From Leptospiraceae bacterium (GTDB lineage Bacteria > Spirochaetota > Leptospiria > Leptospirales > Leptonemataceae), in assembly GCA_040217195.1 (NCBI GenBank), contig JAVJNR010000006.1:1-64000 (forward strand): 64,000 bases of DNA, in the 5' to 3' direction. The notes beneath the pieces were generated by a model. That model saw only the letters and a list, made by a program, of their open reading frames with translations, made no database searches and was not told the DNA's origin. Made by a program: the position numbers and the translations under genes. The stretch's first letter is position 1. Each line of letters starts with the position of its first letter. Positions 56,432 to 64,000 of the stretch are shown piece by piece.

Positions 56432-57108
56432 CGGTAACCCTCGGGCCAGTTTTTAAAGAGAGTGATTTCTCTTTGATAGAATGGTTCGGCAGCATCCACT
56501 CCGGCCTGAAATCCCCAGTACTTGTTCTCGTTGAGCACACTTTCTATTAGGTGTTCTTTGCTGCCCGCCTTGAACTGAGATTCATAGCAGTGTATGGCCT
56601 TTCTCTTTTTCTCAATCTGGGCTGAAACATCAAATACGTAGGATGGTTCCATTCGAAGACGGATGTGTACCGGGAAGTAATAGATCACCCGTCGGGGAAA
56701 AAACGGTTCTCCCGGAATGTCTGATTTGGTTAGCTTCGAATAGAACCGTGCAGACTCGGCCAGTTGGCCTGCAGCAATATGATCCGGATGGGCATCCACC
56801 GGATAGGGTGCAAAGATATAATCCGGTTTGAATTTACGAAACTCTGCTGCCAGCTTCTTTCTGTTTTCTATTGTCTCTTCTAGATATCGGTTCGGCATAT
56901 CCAGTGTAATCCTGGGGGCGCCCAGAATTGAGGCAGCCTTCTGGCTTTCTGCGGCTCGAATATCTGGAGAGCCATGAGGAGTGGGTTCCCCATCAGTGAG
57001 ATCCAGAATCTGTACCTCATGGTTTTCCACCAGAGAGGCCACCGTGCCACCCATACCCAGCTCCACATCGTCCGGATGAGCGCCCATACAAAGGATTCGC
57101 ATGCCCAT
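56428..57108 (-). CDS. bshB1: PIG-L/LmbE family deacetylase, bacillithiol BshB1-like
   Basis: GAHPDDVELGMGG, LTDGE, HPDH, CYESQF, AEPF. Confidence 0.8.
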   Translation of the reverse strand: MGMRILCMGAHPDDVELGMGGTVASLVENHEVQILDLTDGEPTPHGSPDIRAAESQKAASILGAPRITLDMPNRYLEETIENRKKLAAEFRKFKPDYIFAPYPVDAHPDHIAAGQLAESARFYSKLTKSDIPGEPFFPRRVIYYFPVHIRLRMEPSYVFDVSAQIEKKRKAIHCYESQFKAGSKEHLIESVLNENKYWGFQAGVDAAEPFYQREITLFKNWPEGYR

Positions 57109-57168
57109 TTAAACAGTTTCGCAAATTATGGTCTGAGGGGAAAGAGAATTGTCAGCATTCTACTGTTA

Positions 57169-58029
57169 TCAGGTCTTCTTTCTGGCCTGAATGCAAATGG
57201 ATCGCAAATTGCACCCTGGACAAACCCGGGAATTCCATCTCCCGGTACAGCCCCCTAGAATGCCCGGTCGTGTGAGAGCAAAATCATACTTCAGCGGATC
57301 CTCCGGATGCACCAGGCTCAGCCCCAGAGAAATCTGAGCTGCCATTTCCCAATCATTCGTTTTTCTCCCAGTGAATTCCAGATTCTGGCCAATTCTTGCC
57401 ATATGGACATCGAGAGGAACAATCAAATCTGCAGGGGAAAAGCTGCGGTAAAGTCCCAGGTCCGGGTAGCCAGTCCGAACCATCCATCTAAGGTACAGGC
57501 ACAGTCTTTTGCGAGCTCCACGTCCGGTGGATTGACCAATCCAGTGCACCAATCCGGATGTTCGTCGGGATTTCGGAATTCCTTCAACGAATGAATGCTG
57601 AAATGCAGATATTCGCTGAAGGGTACTTTCCTGTGGAGTTCCAAAAAACCTTTCCAGCGGCAGTAAATCGGATGGATTTTCTTTAGATTCGAATACCATT
57701 TCTGCCATCCGACGAACAATGGTCTGTACATCAGTGGAGCTCTGGAATCGATAATACGGAAACCTGGTCTTAAGCTTTGTTTTGCTGGCGGCCAGATCCA
57801 ACAGAAAACCATGGGGAGCATCGGTCAGCACTGGCAGCAAATTCCTTAGAAAGGATTGAATGGAGCTGACTCTGCCGTAAGCGAATAGAGCTGCCAGCAA
57901 TGAAACGATCTCCTGATCCTCGGGGGCCCTGGAGATCTGTTCATGCACCAGAGCTAGAGGATCCGAATCCAGAAAATCGCTGGAGTTGTATTGTTGATGC
58001 ATTAACTCCAGAATCTCTTTCATTTTCAA
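57169..58029 (-). CDS. TIGR02757/DUF2400 family protein (HhH-GPD-like) with C-terminal 4-Cys motif
   Basis: SDP, FAYG, KRLCLYLRWMVR, PLDVH, DPLKYDFAL, C-x8-C-x2-C-x5-C. Confidence 0.82.
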   Translation of the reverse strand: MKMKEILELMHQQYNSSDFLDSDPLALVHEQISRAPEDQEIVSLLAALFAYGRVSSIQSFLRNLLPVLTDAPHGFLLDLAASKTKLKTRFPYYRFQSSTDVQTIVRRMAEMVFESKENPSDLLPLERFFGTPQESTLQRISAFQHSFVEGIPKSRRTSGLVHWIGQSTGRGARKRLCLYLRWMVRTGYPDLGLYRSFSPADLIVPLDVHMARIGQNLEFTGRKTNDWEMAAQISLGLSLVHPEDPLKYDFALTRPGILGGCTGRWNSRVCPGCNLRSICIQARKKT

Positions 58030-60632
58030 TCCTGATCGAGACCGCCTACGTTGTCGCGAGTGATTTTCACAGATTTGCGTTTGCCCGTAGATTCTGTATT
58101 TTCCTCTAGATCTTCGGATGCATGGGATCCCTTCTCCCGGTCCAGGCGTAGAAAGGATAACAGCGCTGTAAGCGGTCCCTGTCTTGGTGCAAACTCCAGG
58201 GCCAAAAATGTTGTATCATCATCCGGTGAGCGGGAACCACGAAATCGATTTAGCTCTTCCCGGAGTTTTAAATTTATCTCTTCAAGCGGTTTGTCACCTT
58301 CGTCCAGAAGAAACCGTGCGAATCTAGATTCACCGAAGGCTTCTTCATTCGGCGCAAAGGTTTCGAGTACTCCGTCCGAGCAAAGGAATAGACGTTGACC
58401 GGGCCTTAGATCGTAGGTACTGGTGCGATAGGGGCTGGGTAGCACTCCCAGTAATCTCTGAGTGTCTTCTAGTTTAATAATCTGGTCTTCCTGGGGGCTT
58501 CGAATCAACGGTCCTGGATGCGCTGCATTCAAGTATTCCATTTCGCCTTTATCCCGGTCCAGAACAAGTGCAAACAGGGTGAAGAATTCATTACCTTCGT
58601 ATCTATCCAGAAGAAAAGAGTTTAGAGTGTTGACCGTTTCTACCAGGTTAGAGCCACCGGCCAGATGAGATCGCACAATACTACGCATCGCGTTGACCAG
58701 ATACCCGGTACCAAGGCCATGGCCGCTAACGTCCCCCAGAAATACGGCACTCTTGCTTTCATCCAACTCAATGTGATCCAGGTAATCTCCAGTAACACTG
58801 ATTACCGGCAAGTTAAAGTAGGACATTCGAATGCCCGGAGGCAGATTCTCAAAGCTACTGGATACCTGGCGCTGGAATTGGCCGGCCAGATAAACCTCTC
58901 GCATTTTCTGCCTTTTTTCCACTTCCTGAAAAAGAAGAGCAAAATTCTCTACCATCATACCTGCCAGGCGAGATGCCTCCTGGAGATAGCGAATTTCGCT
59001 TAGAAGCAAACCATCCCTGTTTCTGGGCTTTCCTATCAGAAGTGCAGCTCTTGTAGGTAGCTTCAAGCGTTCAGTAAGTGAATTGCTGTTCAGTTTAAAG
59101 TAGGAGTTCTGCTTTTCCTTCTGGGACTTGATTTCTTTCAAATGCTCCTGAAATCTGAGCCGCAAAGAAGGCATTTCCGTTCCTTCGATACCTACAGCCA
59201 GATGAATCCGGTTTCTGTATAGAAACTTATAGAGCTCACCGCGAACCCCCGTTCCATAGGTCAAATAGGATGTGACCACAATTCGCTCAGGAGCCACATG
59301 TCTCCACAGTGGACTACCGTCTGGCAATCTCAGGATTCCTTCCGTGCGAATCCGGAGATCCGGAAAAGTAGATGTGGAAAAAAGCAAATATGCTTTCTCT
59401 ATATTGAGGGTTCGTTCTATCTCTCCAAGGAAGGCGGCTGCAGTGGACTGAATCTTGAGTGGATAGCTCATCAAGCTGGCCAGTCTCTTGAGAGACTCAG
59501 CAAGTTCACCGCTGGGTCGAAGTAATTTCTTATCCAGAATCCTGGAAGTGAAGCGGCGGGCCGGATCCATAAAAAACGTTATGGAAAAGATAATAACAAT
59601 ATGGAGTATCCACCGAGCATCACTCAGGCTTTCCGGCAATACCAGGCTGATGGTGAGCAGGGCCAGACCATAGATTCCAATAAAAACCACCGTTAGAATT
59701 CCGGCCAGGAGCGAACGGGTGAGTATGAGCTGAAACGGAAGCAGATGGATACGATACGTTCCATAGAGCAGGGTTGCTGGAAAAATGAAGAATAATAGCA
59801 CCGGCACAAGGAACGGATCCATGCGCCACAAAAGCATAGTGGTCATGGCAGAAGGCAGTATAAGCCCTACCAATGTACCCAGAACCAGGATCCATTGTTT
59901 GATACGATCGATTCCCTCTGCATCCGTGCGAAATGCGGCTTCAAGTTGAATGGCCAGAACTATCAGTGTAACCGCCAGGTAGAGATAGCCAGCCAGGTAG
60001 GTGAGGTTATGTACACTTTCTTCTCGGTCCGATCCACTATAGGCGAGTAGAGAAAAGAACAGAACAAAGAGCAACTCCCCCAGAGCAAGTTGCTGTGGTA
60101 CTTCCTTTCCTGTAGTGCGAAGACCTAGATTGAGAAGTGCTGGAATCAGCAAAAAACCGGCTACCTGCCAGAGTATCATGCCATCCTGGTAGGCCAGCAG
60201 ATACATTCCGGAGACTATATAAAACACTGTGGCGAAACAAAAACCGGAGAGATGAAAATCATTTCCGTAGCTGAGAAACCAGATTCCACAAAGAAAGGAT
60301 AAAAGAGCATAGAGAATTAAGAGCTTATATATCTCCAAAAAGTCCAGGAGGTCGAAGCGAACCGTCTGGAAGATCTCTTCTCCACCCTGAGAGATAACTC
60401 GATGAATTTGCGGAAAATCCGAGGTTGTGGATCTCTTTAATGCAGGCTTTCCATCTACCAGCATGATTCGATCTGATGGTAATAGATTCGTTTCACTGCT
60501 ATAAACGACGGTGCCATCGGGCAGGTAAAGAAAAGGCAGTCTGTAAACTTCACGGGAAAAGAGCAGGAGGATGGCAGCGCCCATAAGAAAGGCTGCCAGC
60601 GGATATACCCACCGGTTCATGAGAAGACTCAT
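58026..60632 (-). CDS. Membrane-bound SpoIIE/RsbU-type PP2C Ser/Thr phosphatase with GAF-like region
   Basis: Multiple N-terminal TMs; TGDYLD, GDVSGHG, NAAHP, SDGVLE, DDDTT. Confidence 0.88.
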   Translation of the reverse strand: MSLLMNRWVYPLAAFLMGAAILLLFSREVYRLPFLYLPDGTVVYSSETNLLPSDRIMLVDGKPALKRSTTSDFPQIHRVISQGGEEIFQTVRFDLLDFLEIYKLLILYALLSFLCGIWFLSYGNDFHLSGFCFATVFYIVSGMYLLAYQDGMILWQVAGFLLIPALLNLGLRTTGKEVPQQLALGELLFVLFFSLLAYSGSDREESVHNLTYLAGYLYLAVTLIVLAIQLEAAFRTDAEGIDRIKQWILVLGTLVGLILPSAMTTMLLWRMDPFLVPVLLFFIFPATLLYGTYRIHLLPFQLILTRSLLAGILTVVFIGIYGLALLTISLVLPESLSDARWILHIVIIFSITFFMDPARRFTSRILDKKLLRPSGELAESLKRLASLMSYPLKIQSTAAAFLGEIERTLNIEKAYLLFSTSTFPDLRIRTEGILRLPDGSPLWRHVAPERIVVTSYLTYGTGVRGELYKFLYRNRIHLAVGIEGTEMPSLRLRFQEHLKEIKSQKEKQNSYFKLNSNSLTERLKLPTRAALLIGKPRNRDGLLLSEIRYLQEASRLAGMMVENFALLFQEVEKRQKMREVYLAGQFQRQVSSSFENLPPGIRMSYFNLPVISVTGDYLDHIELDESKSAVFLGDVSGHGLGTGYLVNAMRSIVRSHLAGGSNLVETVNTLNSFLLDRYEGNEFFTLFALVLDRDKGEMEYLNAAHPGPLIRSPQEDQIIKLEDTQRLLGVLPSPYRTSTYDLRPGQRLFLCSDGVLETFAPNEEAFGESRFARFLLDEGDKPLEEINLKLREELNRFRGSRSPDDDTTFLALEFAPRQGPLTALLSFLRLDREKGSHASEDLEENTESTGKRKSVKITRDNVGGLDQD

Positions 60633-61942
60633 TGAGCTTCTCCTGCCTGCAGATTCCCTTTCCTGGCAGATCGAATATCCAGAATGACTCGATTGCTGTG
60701 CTCCACTCTGTATAGAATCCCCGGGCTAAGATCTACATAGTTTCTCCAGCCCGGCGAAATGAGTATTCGGTCCGGTTGTGTTGTATCCTGGAAGCGAAAC
60801 TGCTTTCCTTCTACAAAAACAGTCATGGAACCACCGGCATGGAACTGCGCTATTAGCATTTCCACTCCAGGTTCGGTGCGAAGCAGTGAATCCTCTTTTC
60901 GCATATGACCCAGGATGCGATGGATTGTAAGATCATTTTCCAGGTGAATGAGAGAATATAAATGACCCAGCAACCCGGAAAGCACCAGGCCAGATACGCC
61001 TCCACCCTTGGCCGTTGCGAAGATAACAAGAAATAGACTGTCGCCGACTATAAAGAATTCCTGCACTGAACTGCCGCTATCATCTTCATGGGGCTCGATC
61101 TGAAAGCCCGGAAATGAAGGGACCCGGGAGTTTTTCATCAAGCTGTGAACCTTTTCAGCGCTCTGCAGTTCCTTTTCGAATTCACCTGCATCGATGATTT
61201 TACTACTCAAAATGTGGTTTTGAATGCTAACAGCCGCTTTACCTGCAAATAGTTGCAGCGCTCGATCTGCGAATTTATTGCGCGGCGGTTCCATTAAGAA
61301 CAGGAATCCAAGTAGTCTTGTGCGAAAAATGAATGGTACAATCCAGGCAACGCGATTTTGTTGCATTATATCGCGCAGTGTTTCCGGTACTTCTTCGTCA
61401 TCGATGCTGGCTATTTTTCGAAATGCCTTGAACTCTCTTTTCAGTTCCTCTGTCTTCTGATAATAGATCGCATTTCCTTTAATGATCTTTCCGTTCTTGT
61501 AAATATGGAATCGGTAGTTTTTTCTGTCCTCAGAGAGCAGTGCGATCCTTGCAGATGAAATCCTGAGCCAAAAAAGAAGGTCTGGAATAATCTGATGGAG
61601 CAAGGAATCCACAGAAAACTGTCGAGCCAGAAAGTCCAGGTGATGGATATCTTCATCGACCAGAGTCTCCCAGTCCTGTCTTTGAAACAGGTGGCGCAGT
61701 AGCGATTCCCGGGCCGGAAATAAGATTAATACTGAAAGTACAATAAAAAGAAGGGTTACCAGGTTTTCTCTTCTGGAGTCATCCACCGGTGATTCGCCTC
61801 CGGATGGAAAAATCGCATGGAGGAGAAAGAACAGTCCGGTGATGACTACGGCCGAGGAAGCGGTAACCAGCCAGCTTTGGAGGCGATATCTGCCCGCCGG
61901 TGTATTCCAGATCTTTGACATTTCAGGTCGTATAGTCCGCAT
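60629..61942 (-). CDS. Two-TM GAF-like protein with degenerate SpoIIE/PP2C-like C-terminus
   Basis: 2 TMs, GAF-like WIVP...LLGFL, coiled coil EKELQSAEKVH, then a PP2C-like region without acidic motifs; alternative start 61921. Confidence 0.6.
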   Translation of the reverse strand: MRTIRPEMSKIWNTPAGRYRLQSWLVTASSAVVITGLFFLLHAIFPSGGESPVDDSRRENLVTLLFIVLSVLILFPARESLLRHLFQRQDWETLVDEDIHHLDFLARQFSVDSLLHQIIPDLLFWLRISSARIALLSEDRKNYRFHIYKNGKIIKGNAIYYQKTEELKREFKAFRKIASIDDEEVPETLRDIMQQNRVAWIVPFIFRTRLLGFLFLMEPPRNKFADRALQLFAGKAAVSIQNHILSSKIIDAGEFEKELQSAEKVHSLMKNSRVPSFPGFQIEPHEDDSGSSVQEFFIVGDSLFLVIFATAKGGGVSGLVLSGLLGHLYSLIHLENDLTIHRILGHMRKEDSLLRTEPGVEMLIAQFHAGGSMTVFVEGKQFRFQDTTQPDRILISPGWRNYVDLSPGILYRVEHSNRVILDIRSARKGNLQAGEAQ

Positions 61943-63227
61943 TCAACCGAACATAATCTGCCGTGAGATCGCTGGACCAGAATCTTTCGAACTGAGTGCC
62001 CAGATCCAGGTCCACCTTGAGTCGAATCTCCGGGCTCTGAAAATGCTCCTTTAGCTTTTCCAGGTCTGGACCCAATTCTTTACCAGCTCCCGCAAACAGT
62101 AGCTGATCCCCGGCATAGATTTTGATTTGATCTGGCTTGATTGGTTCGTCAAATACCTTTCCAATGGCCATGATGATCCGTCCCCAGTTCGGATCTGCTC
62201 CATGAATGGCCGTCTTGATTAACGGGCTGTTAATGAGGGAACGTCCAAACTTATAGGCGGATTCCTTAGTCCTGGCCCCCACAATCATAACTTCGAAGAA
62301 CCGACTGGCACCTTCTCCATCCCGTACAATTTCGCGGCTCAGGTAGATACAGGTACGCAGGACGGCCCGAATGAACTCCAGATCCTCTTCAGAAATATGG
62401 TCGGGCCAGGGGTTGGAACGTTCTATTCCATCCGCAGAGTCTCCGGTAGGGGGTAACGGGTCTCCCAGAATTGTTTCCAGGGTTTGCTCGGCCCATAAGT
62501 CCTCCAGCGCTGCAGGAAAACGAAAAGGAGGTCTGCCGGTGGCCCCATTGGCCATTAGCACCACCGTGTCACTGGTGGAAGTATCGCTATCTACGGAGAT
62601 CCGATTGAAGCTTCGGTTTACGCAGAATTTCAGCAAACGATTCAGGTCCCGGGCCTCCATATTAGCATCGGTAACCAGGTAGGAGAGCATGGTGGCCATG
62701 TTAGGTTCAATCATCCCGGCCCCTTTCGCAATACCCAGCACAGTACTTCCATTTTTGAGTGAATATCCCTTTATCTTGGGAAAAGCATCCGTAGTCATAA
62801 TAGCTTTGCTAAAGGCATCAAAATCCGCGGAATCCAGTTTCCCGGGCAGATCCTTACAGGCTGCTTCCAGGCGGTCCGCAGGTGGCATTCGGCCAATGAC
62901 GCCGGTACTTGATGGCAGAACCAGGCTCTTGTCGATATTCAGGGCTTCAGCTGTCCAGAGACACATGTCCTGGGCCAATTTTAACCCTGCCTGACCTGTG
63001 GCGACGTTAGAATTCTTGGAATTAACTACGATGGTTTGCAATCTACCATCTGCAATGTGTTCGCGCCCAACAATGACCGGGTTGCCCGGGAATTGATTTC
63101 GAGTGAATACGGCAGCAGCGGTGGCCGGACGACTACTATGGATACAGCCAAAATCCAGGGTATTATCTTTAATGCCTGCATTCCATCCGCAGGCAAGGTA
63201 ACCGGATGGCACTGGTACTTGAGACAT
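61923..63227 (-). CDS. argJ: Bifunctional ornithine acetyltransferase/N-acetylglutamate synthase
   Basis: FTRN, STGVIG, IMTTD, KGAGMIEPNMATML (autocleavage Thr), DSDTSTSD, DGEGA, DPNWGR, NADYTT. Confidence 0.95.
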   Translation of the reverse strand: MSQVPVPSGYLACGWNAGIKDNTLDFGCIHSSRPATAAAVFTRNQFPGNPVIVGREHIADGRLQTIVVNSKNSNVATGQAGLKLAQDMCLWTAEALNIDKSLVLPSSTGVIGRMPPADRLEAACKDLPGKLDSADFDAFSKAIMTTDAFPKIKGYSLKNGSTVLGIAKGAGMIEPNMATMLSYLVTDANMEARDLNRLLKFCVNRSFNRISVDSDTSTSDTVVLMANGATGRPPFRFPAALEDLWAEQTLETILGDPLPPTGDSADGIERSNPWPDHISEEDLEFIRAVLRTCIYLSREIVRDGEGASRFFEVMIVGARTKESAYKFGRSLINSPLIKTAIHGADPNWGRIIMAIGKVFDEPIKPDQIKIYAGDQLLFAGAGKELGPDLEKLKEHFQSPEIRLKVDLDLGTQFERFWSSDLTADYVRLNADYTT

Positions 63228-63260
63228 AAGCCAGCAGCATTCACTGCGGGCCTGTGATTG

Positions 63261-64000
63261 TCAAGCGCGAGCGCTGCTTAGATGGATCGCCAGCATGCTC
63301 AAATCATCCGTTGCACGCGAGTCTTCCCTAAAACTCTCCCAGTAATGCAGCATTTCCCGGTTTACCTGTTTTGGCTCCGGGCGGGTGCGCGATAATATGT
63401 CTTCAATGCGATGAGCTCCAAACATTTCGCCTGCCGCATCCCTCTGTTCCAGGATTCCATCTGAGCATGCAAAGAGCAAATCACCTTCTTGAACTCTGTA
63501 GTGGACAGGCTCAATGACCAGATCAGAATGCATTCCTAGAAACGGTGCCTGCTGCGAGTTCCCGATTCCGCTTTTTTCCAGGCGATGGGTACGATGATTT
63601 CGGGTAATCCAGAGCATTCCATGGCCAAAATCATAAACGGAGGCTAGTTTCTTTTTTCTGTTCAAGACCAGAGCGATTCCCGTAGCGTACATTTCTGAAG
63701 GGCTCAGTTCATAGGTGATACTGTTTAATTGGCGAAGCATCGCCTTTGGCCGGATTTTCTCCGACTCCTGAGATTCCAGTCTATGCTCCAGCATCGTATG
63801 CAGGGCCGTTCCGATGATGGATACCATGCTGCTGGCTTTCAATCCTTTGCCGCAAACATCGAATAGTAGAAATAAGGTGGAATGATCTGAAAGTTCATAT
63901 GACTGAACAAAGTCTCCTCCAGGGCCGGCCAGAGGAGCAACGTATCGGCTGGATTCCACCGAAGGCAGGTCTGAGGTCCTGGATCTAATTTTATTTCGAT
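63261..64000 (-). CDS. SpoIIE/PP2C-family phosphatase, 5' end outside window
   Basis: GGDF, DVCGKG, SDGILE, DDLS; frame stays open to the window edge. Confidence 0.85.
   Translation of the reverse strand, partial: RNKIRSRTSDLPSVESSRYVAPLAGPGGDFVQSYELSDHSTLFLLFDVCGKGLKASSMVSIIGTALHTMLEHRLESQESEKIRPKAMLRQLNSITYELSPSEMYATGIALVLNRKKKLASVYDFGHGMLWITRNHRTHRLEKSGIGNSQQAPFLGMHSDLVIEPVHYRVQEGDLLFACSDGILEQRDAAGEMFGAHRIEDILSRTRPEPKQVNREMLHYWESFREDSRATDDLSMLAIHLSSARA

Overview
The window most likely comes from a Leptospiraceae-like spirochete; this rests on my recognition of a Leptospira-type LexA and an Lsa36-like outer-membrane protein, not on a database search. Bases 1-39.7 kb (+ strand) are the distal part of a very large surface-polysaccharide (LPS O-antigen/rfb-type) locus. 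It has a complete legionaminic-acid-type pathway (legB, legC, legG, NeuD-type acetyltransferase, legI, CBS-nucleotidyltransferase, legF) and a second, short NeuB-type synthase. It also has three cytidylyltransferases, two SDR + Gfo/Idh/MocA pairs, a class-III aminotransferase/omega-amidase pair, a sugar C-methyltransferase, and a MptE/Maf-like + B12-radical-SAM + SpsF cassette. The locus continues with a CDP-6-deoxyhexose module, L-/D-QuiNAc-type genes, several glycosyltransferases and a WbpL/WbpM-type end. At 39.8-46.3 kb (- strand) sit three polytopic GT-C-type proteins (two O-antigen-ligase-like, one GT87-like). The rest is mostly core genome: two predicted OM beta-barrels, lysC, murI, an ankyrin lipoprotein, lexA, pyrD, and a minus-strand run of SpoIIE - argJ - degenerate SpoIIE - SpoIIE - TIGR02757 - bshB1 - divergent BshC-like. 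No mobile elements, CRISPR arrays, rRNA or tRNA were seen. The best leads are: (i) a candidate amino-/methyl-tailoring route for nonulosonic acids; (ii) bshB1 coupled to a highly divergent BshC-like ligase, suggesting bacillithiol or a variant thiol in a spirochete; (iii) a candidate new LexA operator; (iv) a phosphatase/pseudo-phosphatase pair. All functional calls come from motif recognition only.
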